Virus record (IMG/VR): IMGVR_UViG_3300021400_001516
Source: an uncultured virus (IMG/VR IMGVR_UViG_3300021400_001516)
Lineage: Duplodnaviria > Heunggongvirae > Uroviricota > Caudoviricetes
Length of the DNA stretch: 64,000 nucleotides
Strand: one strand, 5' to 3'
Made by a program: the position numbers and the translations under genes. Within the stretch, counting starts at the first letter, position 1; the number at the start of each line of letters is the position of its first letter. Shown one piece after another: positions 50,252 to 60,533 of this stretch. The notes below the pieces were generated by a model. It did not search any database, was not told where the DNA came from, and was given only the letters and a program-made list of their open reading frames with translations.

Positions 50252-50615
50252 GGATAGCAGGACATCCCTATCAGAGTATACGACAGAAGAACTTAGGGCT
50301 GAACTTATGAAAAGAAGGAAGAAAAAAATAGTGAGAACTACTAAATATCTTGAGTGGGAAGGAATAGTTACTGCTGTTCATGAATGGGGCAAATTTTCTC
50401 AATTTCAATATACTGTTCAAACCGAGGATTCACGAGTCCCCAATATAGAAAGAGAGAAGAAGTTTCGATTATGCTCTAGAATAAAAAAATCTTCTCGTCC
50501 TAGACTTGGAGATAGAGTAGTTCTTAGAATTCGCTATACTAAAGCTATGGAAAGGGGGAAAACTCCTGTGTGGTGGTCTCTTGGAAAAATACAAAGAGTA
50601 ATTCCAACCCCCTGA
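50244..50615 (+). CDS. Basic OB-fold-like hypothetical protein
   Basis: ORF track. Confidence 0.55.
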   Translation: MNKDSRTSLSEYTTEELRAELMKRRKKKIVRTTKYLEWEGIVTAVHEWGKFSQFQYTVQTEDSRVPNIEREKKFRLCSRIKKSSRPRLGDRVVLRIRYTKAMERGKTPVWWSLGKIQRVIPTP

Positions 50616-50625
50616 AATTCTTATA

Positions 50626-50770
50626 AAAGACATTAATACTCAAAGAACTAGATAGTTGTTGGGCGCCATTAATATAATTTTTAATATGGATTGGGACGGC
50701 TTAAACCTACCCTCATAATTATTTGGTAGAGGGATCCCTGGCAACTCCCTCTAGTTCTTTTTTTTTTATA
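50626..50770 (+). ncRNA. Candidate small RNA (~140 nt)
   Basis: CTTATA 50620-50625; 11-bp end pairing 50642-50652/50750-50760; T-run; only a 10-codon ORF. Confidence 0.4.
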
Positions 50771-50848
50771 CCGTCTGAAACCACCAAAAAAGCCTTATAT
50801 ATGGAGTATAACAAACAATTATTAACAACAACTAAAACTTATAACGGT

Positions 50849-51001
50849 ATGAAGAAAACATTGTTAGTAATACTTTATTACTTTTTGCTGATCGTAGGAA
50901 TTGACTTCATTTTGAGAGGTCTGAGGTGGGCATGGGACGGCACTCCCATGGGCTACCGAAGCTTTTCGAAGAGCTCTGAGAAAAAAGAGCTTAAAAAGTA
51001 A
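50849..51001 (+). CDS. 50-aa membrane peptide (start MKKTLL)
   Basis: TM helix; promoter 50794-50799; terminator ccttcccc/ggggaagg ~51033-51062. Confidence 0.6.
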   Translation: MKKTLLVILYYFLLIVGIDFILRGLRWAWDGTPMGYRSFSKSSEKKELKK

Positions 51002-51094
51002 AGCCAGCCCTACATCACGAAACTCAAAGGTACCTTCCCCAGCGGGGAAGGGTTCTTTTTCTTCCTTCTAATAGCCCCCTTAAAACCTTATATA

Positions 51095-51500
51095 TAGAGA
51101 GAAATATCATAACCAAACTAAAGGAAAATGTATATTTCTCTTATTTTACCTACTATAAAATCTCCAGCGCCTCTACGTGGCATAGTGGACTACTACTACT
51201 AAAGATTAGGAAGCTAAGACTGGAGCGAAGGATTCTGTATAGACATACGAGGTATAGCGATATATCTCTTATACAGATCTGGAGTACAAAGATTAAAACC
51301 TTTTAGACATGAAACTTAAAAAGATAAAGGATAACATAAGACGACGAATTTTAAAAAAATGGAAGAACCTTATGACTATCGCTTTTCGTCACTGATGATC
51401 TAATTGTCATACGAAAAGAGGCGAGATTCATTTCTCAGTTGAGATCTGAACCTCAAAAAAAACAACAAGAAGATATTCTAATCTTCTCATTGTTTTATTT
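51095..51500 (+). ncRNA. Structured ~400-nt transcript containing a 28-aa cationic ORF (51309-51395)
   Basis: CTTATA 51087-51092; stems 51099-51107/51132-51140, 51162-51167/51220-51225, 51234-51241/51270-51277, 51382-51389/51411-51418. Confidence 0.5.
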
Positions 51501-51510
51501 TTTTTCGTTC

Positions 51511-52374
51511 TTAGTACTGCCTTCTTGTATCTACTGTCCAAGATATGATATGCATGACTGCCTCTTTTGCAGTTTCTTCATCCATATCATCGGACGAATA
51601 GAGGAAGTTATGCTCCATCATATACACCGTCATTGGAATCACTAGATCGTCGGAGTGAAGAACACACTTCTTAGGTCTATAGTCACTGACTTCAACTTCT
51701 ATCTCCTCTTCATCGTTAGCCCCAAGATCAATTTCTCCACATCCAGAACCTATTATCTTAGTTCCATTCTTCTGTGCTTCTTGAAGAATCTTTTTCAATT
51801 CTTCGGGTATTCCATCTAGATCCGAAGTTGGGGATTGTTTCTTTCGTTTTTCAATCTTAGTGAATTGATTCTTCCAGATGTTCCAATATTTCCACTCAAT
51901 TTTTCCGCTTTCGAGACCTTTAGGAATATCCTGTGATTCAATGTCTTCCATTTCTACTTCATCTATGTCATAGTCATTGAAGATCATTTCAATCTCAGGA
52001 AGGATCTTTTCTTCCCACAATCTATGAAGTGCGAAGGCTCCAGACTCACTTACCATAAGAACTATTCTATCTTGATTATCTACTGCAATAAGTTGACCAT
52101 CAAGCTTAAAACAGTTACCTGGTTTTAGTTCTGGTTCATCTCCAAGAAAATTTCTATTCTCTTTGTAGATATGAACGGTTGTAGTTACCGGCTTTCCTTC
52201 ATCATCGAGTGTTCCAGTATCTCGTTCCTCGTCGTGATCGAATTCTTGCGGGAAACTACACTTAGGCCACTCTATAACCATGTTTAGTTTGCTGAGAAGC
52301 CCGGGTTTTTCTAAATAATTTATTCCCCTTTCACATCCTACTTTATACTTCTGCGGTAAAACATCAATTTTCAT
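51511..52374 (-). CDS. Hypothetical acidic protein
   Basis: ORF track. Confidence 0.6.
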   Translation of the reverse strand: MKIDVLPQKYKVGCERGINYLEKPGLLSKLNMVIEWPKCSFPQEFDHDEERDTGTLDDEGKPVTTTVHIYKENRNFLGDEPELKPGNCFKLDGQLIAVDNQDRIVLMVSESGAFALHRLWEEKILPEIEMIFNDYDIDEVEMEDIESQDIPKGLESGKIEWKYWNIWKNQFTKIEKRKKQSPTSDLDGIPEELKKILQEAQKNGTKIIGSGCGEIDLGANDEEEIEVEVSDYRPKKCVLHSDDLVIPMTVYMMEHNFLYSSDDMDEETAKEAVMHIISWTVDTRRQY

Positions 52375-53312
52375 ATTGTCTTATCAATTAAAAGTTTCAT
52401 AAAATCTTCAAACGGAATTTGTGCTCCTGCTGCTGAAGCATGACCTCCGGCAGCATCACCAAATTTACTCTTTAGATATTCTCCAAGATTTAAATCTATC
52501 TTGTTGGGCTCTGAGTATAAAGATAGAGAATAAACTTCTTCTACCTCTCCATTTTCTTTTCTTCCATTTTTTCTATTAAAGACACAGAAAACATCATACT
52601 CAGAAAATACACTTTGAAATACTAATGAGGTAAAGGCAGTTCCGAGAATAGCTATTCCTTTATAATGCCCTGCAACGACAATTGGAAAAGCAAATCTTCC
52701 TACCTCCGACTTAAATCTCATAGCATCATACTTATTGAGGAGTTTTCCTGTCCTAATAAGTACATCTAACCCTTTCTCATTCATGTGAATTAAGTCGTTA
52801 AAGTTAGGCCAGATGTATTTCTCTCCAATCCCGTAAGTTACCTTCAGGGCTGCTTGGAGAGGAAGGACTTCATCTTCCCAATTAAATCTTGAACGATCCC
52901 AAACATCATATGCACTAAGACGTTGGATAATCATGGGGGCAGGTTGATCATAGAGATATCTCCAGCATAACTCACACGCAGCCGTTCCAATCTCCCTAAG
53001 ACCTTCCATATCAGAATATCCTTCGTTTTCAGAACTTTCTATAGCTGTGATGTGGTGGTCGATCCAAACTACTTTACCTCCAGTCCAAGCTTTTAGTTCT
53101 TGCATGAAAGATGGAGGAAAACTGATATCAACCATGAAGATTAGTGTATATCCCTGATTAAGAATGTCGGGAATCTGATCTCCATAATTCCATCCAAGCA
53201 TTGTAGGAGTTTTATCTACTCCAGAATCTATTAAGAATTTTTTGACAGTACATCCTGAAAAAATTCCATCATAATCTACTCTATGAAAAACTACTAATGT
53301 CTTTTCAACCAT
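52371..53312 (-). CDS. DHH/DHHA1 phosphoesterase
   Basis: HRVDYDG, MVD, WIDHH, GGHASAAG. Confidence 0.9.
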   Translation of the reverse strand: MVEKTLVVFHRVDYDGIFSGCTVKKFLIDSGVDKTPTMLGWNYGDQIPDILNQGYTLIFMVDISFPPSFMQELKAWTGGKVVWIDHHITAIESSENEGYSDMEGLREIGTAACELCWRYLYDQPAPMIIQRLSAYDVWDRSRFNWEDEVLPLQAALKVTYGIGEKYIWPNFNDLIHMNEKGLDVLIRTGKLLNKYDAMRFKSEVGRFAFPIVVAGHYKGIAILGTAFTSLVFQSVFSEYDVFCVFNRKNGRKENGEVEEVYSLSLYSEPNKIDLNLGEYLKSKFGDAAGGHASAAGAQIPFEDFMKLLIDKTI

Positions 53313-54557
53313 TATATATTATTTTTAAAAATTTTTCTCTAATTTCAGGAGAATTTTTGAATACTTCTTTAAGATAATATTTCCAAATTCCGTATTCGTA
53401 ACTGTATGAACCATTTATCATCATCTCCTTTATCTTTACTTTTAAGAATTCTAGGTCTTTTGAAGTTTTCCAAGCAATTCTCTTAGGCAGAAGTCTTCCC
53501 TGACTCCAATATACAATATGTGCTTCTAGAGAATCTTTTGTATAACCTAGATATTTATAACAAAATCTTCGAATAGTACATATTTCATATCCTTCAGATT
53601 TTAATAGTTCTATTCCAATCTTTTTATCTATATTGAAAGATAACGTCATTTCCTTCTGGGGATTTAATTTGGTCCTTAAGTTTTCTTAACATCTCAAGTT
53701 TAAATCTCTCTTTAAAATAGTATTTATGAGTTTCTAACCAAGAAAGATATTTATGAGTGTAGTAATAATTAATATATGCTCCCTCTCGTACAGGGGATTG
53801 TACTTCAAGACAGGACCAGATAAGTAAATCTGCCTCACAGGCTGATTGATGAAGATCGTGTCCTTTCTCTACTGATGTTTGAATTTTCTTAAAGAAAACT
53901 TTTAATCGATTTTCAAGATCAGTCCACTCTTTCTCACTTCCCCAACATACTTTTTTTCTAAGTATTCTTTCTGGAATCATATCTCTTATATATTGTTTGT
54001 AGTCGGGAAATAGAGAAAACAGTATTTTTCTAATACTCTTAGTCTGAATTCCGGCTTCCTTCAAAATCTCTTGTCCGTCTATATCGTCTATGCAAATCTT
54101 ATAGCTGAACGTTGCCATAATCTCCGTAAAGTAATTGAATTAATAAAAATAACCGTGTTATAGTTTCATCGGCCCCTTTTACTGTACATCTAACCTCTAT
54201 GCCGTTATAGAGAATTACAGATTCATTATAGAAAGTAAAAGATCCTACAAGTTCTTCTACTTTATCTCGTAAAAAAGGAGTATCGCTTCTTGAAGGGCCT
54301 ATCCACTCCCCATTAGCAAATTCTAGTAGTTTGAGAATAATAGCCCTGAGATTATATTCTGCCACTTGTCTAAGACGTTTTCCCTTAAACCCCGTAATGA
54401 GGTATGTGGTTTTTGTTTTGAGATAAGTTTCAGTAGTATCTCCAAGATTTTCTAAGAAATCATATGCATCACGCACACTTCTGTTTCCACTTTTCCAGTA
54501 AAACCAGTAAAGTATCTGTAATACAAGTTTTTTAAAAAATAATTTTATCGAATTCAT
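53305..54557 (-). CDS. Three hypothetical genes (53305-53649, 53624-54118, 54099-54557); first two are paralogs
   Basis: ORF track; shared N- and C-terminal motifs; promoter motif 54564-54569 (-). Confidence 0.55.
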
Positions 54558-54603
54558 AACACATATAAGGAACTCGAGTGAATAATCCTGCAATAAAAGT
54601 AAC

Positions 54604-56074
54604 TTATGCGGGATAGTATGCTACCGACTCTACTCTTGAGTTTTTAAGAATATCTCGAAGAAGGTCCCAGTGTTGTCCCCCAACTACTTCTAGTCTTGGT
54701 TTATCCTGTTCATTTATTGGGGGATCAGTTATTGTTGGAAATTTTTCTCCAAATGATAATATAAGATCTCTAGTCGGTTCATCTACTTTAAATACTTCTA
54801 CGTCCTGTTTAAAGTATTGTCGTATAATCTTATCTAGGTCTTCCATATTAGAAATTCCAGTGATAAGAATTTGATATGAAACTATATGATAGCTCTCTGT
54901 TCTGACGTGATATTTTTCATAGTTTGGATTTTCCCAATTTATTACAAAAATATCTTTTTTATTTGAGAGTTTACTAGTACTATTTGTATAATAGTCCATA
55001 ATTTTTGTTCCACATATATCTCCAATAGTTTTAAGGGCAGTAAGTTCATCTGAAATACCCTCCTCTTTAATCATATCTAAAAGTATATTAAAGAGTTCTT
55101 CTATTTTGTTCTTAATTAAAGACCTAGACATACTACAGGAATGTAATCTACAAAAGAATGTTCTAATATTTCTGCCACTCTATCCTGGTCCCAAGGTTCA
55201 ATTATAATACAGCTTGGGGCTCTATATTCATATTCCGATATAAAATCTCGTAAAGATGAAGTATATTCCTCTCTAACTCTGTATATATTTACTTTATCAG
55301 TATTATAAAAGTTTCTATAAACTACTTTTTTTATATCTTCTACTGACTGTATTCCCGTTAAGAGACGTCCAGTCTCTACACAAACTCCATCGGGAGCCCA
55401 AACGCAGTCAGGCCTGTTTAGGTTAGAGGTTTGTGGTATTCTAGAAATTACATAAATATCTTGATAACTAAAACGTAAGTTGTATTCTCCCCTAACCTTA
55501 AGTATTTTCTCCTTACATGCAGATCTGATAGAACTTAATATATCTATTCTAGTATAATCTGTATCTTCGAATACTTCAATTATATCTTCAATACATTCAG
55601 ATATAAGCTTTCGTTTTTTGACAAGTTCCAAAGTAGATTTATCCTCTATCATGCTTTTACAGTTAGTATTGGAGTTTTTTCGCAGGTAAGAATTAATCCG
55701 GATAGCTGTATATCTCCCGGAAATGTATACCAATTTCCTTTAGGATTAGCACCGATTCTTCCTGTTTTCATAGTATCGGCGTCAATTTCATGTTTTATCT
55801 TCAGTATACCATAATCTCCTGCTCGATCTACTCCCCTCAACACAACTCGTCTAAGTTCTTGAACATCCTCTATACCAGTAATAAAATCTTCGTCTAATAT
55901 TCCTCCCTTAGTTAAATCTTCTATTACAAAGACTTCATCAGGTTTAATGAGGACTAGACTATTGATTTCCTTCTCTAGTAAGTCTATTATTTTGATTATG
56001 CTTCCAACCTTTTCACTTTCTGTGTAGTGATTCGGAAGTACATCTAATATTGATTCAACAATAGCTTTTTCCAT
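54604..56074 (-). CDS. Three paralogous hypothetical genes (54604-55131, 55116-55733, 55649-56074)
   Basis: Shared (L/F)(I/L)TGI-x2-(M/V)E(D/E)(L/I)-x2-(I/V) motif. Confidence 0.6.
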
Positions 56075-56174
56075 TTTATTTTTTTTTTATCTCTAAGTGT
56101 AAGGATTTAAAAAGCCTTGAATTCCCCACCAAAGTCTTATACAAAAGAAACAGTAATATAAAGAAAATAATAAT

Positions 56175-58190
56175 ATGAATGAAGAAGTAATTAGATACTT
56201 ACCGTTTCCCGACAACGTAAGGAAAAGACCCTCTATGTATTTAGGAGGACTAGAAAATGCATCAGTCCCCTTACGAGAGATTTGTGATAATAGTTGTGAT
56301 ATTATTGCGGAATCTGGAATAGGGGATACGATTTTGGTAAGTAACGACTTTAATGGTTTTTTATTTGTTGCAGATAATTCTTTGGGAATACCAATCTCAA
56401 TGAGTATTGATAAACCAGAGATGACTCAAGCTGCTCTTAGTATTCTATCTCTTCATTCCGGTTCAAAGTTTGAGGCAGGCGATACGACAAGAGTAGGACT
56501 TAATGGTGTAGGTTCTGCTGCGGTATCGGCTTGTAGTGAAGTATATTGCCTCTTATCTAAAATCCATGAAGGGAACTACACAGGTTCAACAAAAGAAGTT
56601 TATGATTGTTGGATGAATGCAGGTCCAAGAGATAGGAAAAATCTCTATTACATTGTAGTCTGTGAGAAAGGTATCAAGACTTATGAAGGGGCAGGAAAAT
56701 TAAAAGACTTAGAGAAAATGATCTTTAGAGGAATTAAGAATTATATTGAAATTCCAAAAGGGATGAGTACAATAGTCTTGTTTAAACCTGATCCTGAAAT
56801 TTTTGAATCAACGCAGGCAGAAATTCCAGAAAAAAATCTTCAGTATTACTTATTAATACAGGAAAAGTTTTATGGAAGAAAAGTAAATGTGGTAGTAGAT
56901 GGGGGAAAACTTGGAAATTCTATGACACCTTATAAGTTCGAGGTACTTAGAACTATTATTCCAAAAGATACTTCAATGAATAAACAGGTTGGAGTATATT
57001 TGACCTTTGAGGTAGATCCTTCACTTGGACCTAAGGTTGAAACGGGATCAGTGAATGGACTCGATACTAATAGAGGACAACATATAACTATTGCAGAGAG
57101 TGTTCTTAAGACAGCATTAAAAGATTATTATAAAATTAAACATGACTGTCTTTTGAATGGAATGCAATTTAGGATGGTTGTTTTAGCAAATGAATGTCAG
57201 TTTAATAGTCAGACGAAAGAAAATCTTAAGGCTATTTCAAAAGTAAAATTGACAGACTTTGCTCCTTTAGTGAAGGATATTGAAAAAATTTTTAAGAAGA
57301 ATCCGGAGTATTGGGACTTAGTAGTAGAAAAGCTTAATCAATTAGCTGACTCTATGAAGTCTATTGGGGCTATGGATAAAGCTGCAAGAATGATGGATTC
57401 TCTTAGTGGAGTTGCACAGTATAGAGCAAAAGCCGATTATCCAAAAACTTTTGCTGATGCGACTGGAAAGAATAGAGTCGACTGTGAATTATTTTTAGTT
57501 GAGGGTAATTCAGCACAAGGATCTCTGGTGATGGGAAGACCTGATACTAAAACTCATGCTATTTTAGGTTTGAGGGGTAAGATCTTAAATGTAACCGATA
57601 AAGGTGTAGATCGAGCACTTGAATCTAAAGTTATTGGGGATATATTTAATATTATAGGTCTTGGTCTTGATATTAATTGGGTTGGAAGTAATGCATCTTC
57701 TTTTGATGAGGAGCATGAAATAATAATGAAGAAAACAAGATACGGAAAAGTAATTATTGCGACAGATGCAGATCCTGATGGATCTCAGATCTGTAATGAA
57801 ATTATGTATCTATTTTCGAAATTTGCACGATTCCTAATTGATCATGGAATGGTGTATAGAGCACTATCTCCGTTATTTAGAGGAATTAGTAAGACGACTG
57901 GAAAAGTAACTTATTATTATCCTGACGACCCGATTGATCCTTCCACACAGTTTCCGATAGATCTTGATACAAAGAAGCACTACGATAGGTGGAAAGGACT
58001 TGCATCGCTATCGCCAGAAACAGGAGAAGTTTACGATGCATTCTTTAATCCAGCAACAAGGAGATTAGTACAGATAACTCCTGATGGCTTGGATTATGGA
58101 AGACAGCTTAATGAAGATATTAACGAGAGAAAGAAATTATTGTTTAATCAGGGAATTCTTAGTAATCCCTATAACTTTACAGATCTCTAA
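56175..58190 (+). CDS. Type IIA topoisomerase subunit B (GyrB/ParE-like)
   Basis: VRKRPSMY, EICDNS, LHSGSKF, GLNGVG, EGNSA, LRGKILNV, DADPDG, KGL. Confidence 0.93.
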   Translation: MNEEVIRYLPFPDNVRKRPSMYLGGLENASVPLREICDNSCDIIAESGIGDTILVSNDFNGFLFVADNSLGIPISMSIDKPEMTQAALSILSLHSGSKFEAGDTTRVGLNGVGSAAVSACSEVYCLLSKIHEGNYTGSTKEVYDCWMNAGPRDRKNLYYIVVCEKGIKTYEGAGKLKDLEKMIFRGIKNYIEIPKGMSTIVLFKPDPEIFESTQAEIPEKNLQYYLLIQEKFYGRKVNVVVDGGKLGNSMTPYKFEVLRTIIPKDTSMNKQVGVYLTFEVDPSLGPKVETGSVNGLDTNRGQHITIAESVLKTALKDYYKIKHDCLLNGMQFRMVVLANECQFNSQTKENLKAISKVKLTDFAPLVKDIEKIFKKNPEYWDLVVEKLNQLADSMKSIGAMDKAARMMDSLSGVAQYRAKADYPKTFADATGKNRVDCELFLVEGNSAQGSLVMGRPDTKTHAILGLRGKILNVTDKGVDRALESKVIGDIFNIIGLGLDINWVGSNASSFDEEHEIIMKKTRYGKVIIATDADPDGSQICNEIMYLFSKFARFLIDHGMVYRALSPLFRGISKTTGKVTYYYPDDPIDPSTQFPIDLDTKKHYDRWKGLASLSPETGEVYDAFFNPATRRLVQITPDGLDYGRQLNEDINERKKLLFNQGILSNPYNFTDL

Positions 58191-59527
58191 TGGGAAGAAA
58201 AAAGAAAGTAGAGGAGAACTTACCCGAATTTAGACAGATAGAAGTTCTTCCGATAGGACAAGCAACAGAAGAAGCAATTCTTGATGCAGCTGGGTATATT
58301 GATAATCATAGAGTACTTGCAAGTGTTTATGATGGATGTAAACCGTCGTATCGAAGATTAATTTGGTCTGGACTTCAATTTCCGAAAGGTAAGATGCAGC
58401 CCAGTGTTCAGATAGTAAGCACTGTATCCAACTACCATCCACATTCGACGGACTCAATGAAATTCTTATTGGGTTCTATGGTTAAAAGTGGAATCTTCAG
58501 TGGAGCAGGCGCTTTCGGTATGACTTCTATTCTTGGAGATACAAAAGAACCGGGTGCATTGAGATATACTAAGTCTTGTTTATCAGACTTATATTATGAT
58601 GCCCTAATGCCGCTTCTTCAGTGTGTCCCTAGAGTAGAATCTCCTGTAGGACCTGAAGAAATTCCTTACATACCTTTGCCTTTCCCCCTGGCATTAAGTT
58701 TTAAAGGACTTGTCAGCGGAATTGGCCTTGGGATTAGTACGGTGTATCCAAACTTTTCACCAAAGTCACTGTATCTGGCTTATGTGAACGATGACCCAAA
58801 TCTCTTGGAACCTAATGTAAATTTGATTCTGGATAAACAAAATTCAGAACTTAAAAAACTTTGGGAGACGGGGAAAGGAAGAGTTATTTATTCATATAAA
58901 CTATCAAAACATACAGCAGAGGATGGAAAACAGGGATATCTGTTTGAAGGAGATACTGAAATCTTTACTCCATCCTTGAGGAGAATTAATAAATATGTAG
59001 AGTCCGGTCATGTATTTATTGAAGACTTAACTGATATTCATGGACCTAAAATGTTTGTAGGTCTTGTTAATGGTAGGGGATTTAGTCTTCAAGATTTAGA
59101 GACTTTATGTAGACAGTGTTGTTATGATTCAACTGTTTACACTCTTAATGTGACGGATGGAAAGACGGCTTTTAGGATTCCTCTCAAAGATTGGTTAGAT
59201 TTTACTTATAAAAATTACATTGATCTCCTACAACAAGTCAATGTAAGGAAGATAGATAAAGTGAAATTTGATATATCGGTTCAAGAAGCTTTACCTATTA
59301 TAGCAGATTATATACTCAATAAAAATCCAAAAGCGACAGACAAAGAGATCTGTAATGTCTTTGGAATGCCTGAAGAAATTGTTGAGGCCGTCATGAGTAA
59401 ACCTATCAGTCAACTTAGAAAAAATAAAGATAATTCAGCAAGGATTAAAGCTTTGAAAGATAAACTAAAGGAATTGAAAAAATTTAATCCTGTAACTTAT
59501 GTAGAAGAACTTGTAGGAAAATTATGA
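58190..59527 (+). CDS. Type IIA topoisomerase subunit A, no C-terminal beta-pinwheel
   Basis: DGCKPSYRR, YHPH, ALRYT active-site Tyr, GIGLG; 445 aa. Confidence 0.9.
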   Translation: MGRKKKVEENLPEFRQIEVLPIGQATEEAILDAAGYIDNHRVLASVYDGCKPSYRRLIWSGLQFPKGKMQPSVQIVSTVSNYHPHSTDSMKFLLGSMVKSGIFSGAGAFGMTSILGDTKEPGALRYTKSCLSDLYYDALMPLLQCVPRVESPVGPEEIPYIPLPFPLALSFKGLVSGIGLGISTVYPNFSPKSLYLAYVNDDPNLLEPNVNLILDKQNSELKKLWETGKGRVIYSYKLSKHTAEDGKQGYLFEGDTEIFTPSLRRINKYVESGHVFIEDLTDIHGPKMFVGLVNGRGFSLQDLETLCRQCCYDSTVYTLNVTDGKTAFRIPLKDWLDFTYKNYIDLLQQVNVRKIDKVKFDISVQEALPIIADYILNKNPKATDKEICNVFGMPEEIVEAVMSKPISQLRKNKDNSARIKALKDKLKELKKFNPVTYVEELVGKL

Positions 59528-60371
59528 AATATTATAGAATATTAAACCCAGCAGATCTAAACTCTGAGGAAGAAGATGATTCTGTTTTCCTTGGGTGGAA
59601 AGAGATAATTAATCCATGTTTAGAATTTTTAATAGAGGAAAATATAGATTTCCTCTATTATTTATTGATAAACTTACCCTTTGTGGAAGAGGATGGAAAA
59701 ATTGCAGAAAAAACCGTCTTAATGGCGCAACCTGTCTCAGAATTAGAGTTTTGTAATAGTGATATTCAAATCTCAATCTCAGATGATCTTAAAATTTGTT
59801 ATGACTTATGATAAAACAATGGGTATCTGAAAATGGGATTGATTCTTTTCTGGAGGCAGCTTATCTTGGTATTCCAGTATCTGCAAGGGGAGAAGAACGT
59901 TTTATTTATGTAAACCCCACTGCATATCACTATCTTCATGGAAATGTTGTGATAATAAGTAATCCCGACTACCCCAAAGAGAGGATTGAGTGGCTCCTAA
60001 AAGAAGAGATCAAAGTTATCTTCAGGAACGTTAATGAATTTTCTAAGCCCGATCCCTATATTCTTAGAATAGAATTTGGGGTAATGTGGAATGGAGATGT
60101 ATTAAAGTGTCCAGAAGGTTTATCTTTTTCTGAGGTATTGGAGTTTCTCAAGAAATGCTGTGAGGTAGATCCGGTTGATACTGGAATCCCGATGAGAGTA
60201 TTCCTCCCCAAGATTTATGAGATTCCGAAAAATTATCTCTTAGATTCTGATGGGAACTTAACTATCTTAGGTTGGGCGATGCATCAGGTGGGAATTAATA
60301 TGGGAAGTCAATTTCCTTATCAAGATTTAGATCTATATAAAACAGGAAAAATGCTTCCATTCCCCCAGTAA
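59524..60371 (+). CDS. Two hypothetical genes (59524-59811, 59808-60371)
   Basis: ORF track; ATGA overlaps. Confidence 0.55.
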
Positions 60372-60428
60372 TTCCTTAAATAAGAATAAGCGTATATAAA
60401 AGCGTGAAATTCTTATAAATACAAAAAC

Positions 60429-60533
60429 AACTTTCTGGTGTGTGAAAGTTCTATATATATTTACACAATTTTATAAATTTTAAATAATTTTATTTTAATT
60501 TAATTTCAATTTTATTAATTTTTAGATTTTATT
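60429..60533 (+). promoter_or_regulatory. Putative translational operator: H-type pseudoknot plus AU-rich unstructured leader
   Basis: aactttc/gaaagtt stem; loop tgtgt pairs with acaca 60463-60467; ~65 nt almost all A/T before ATG. Confidence 0.5.

Noticed and set aside
51392..51416. Second hammerhead-like ctgatga...cgaaa
   Set aside because: No closing pair for stem II and no consistent stem I
51439..51645. Track ORF of 68 aa
   Set aside because: Crosses a bidirectional terminator and is antisense to 51511-52374
36163..59527. Bacterial chromosome origin suggested by groEL, ligA and gyrase-like genes
   Set aside because: Homologues are divergent or truncated and sit among dense orphan ORFs with a non-host promoter motif, which fits a large phage
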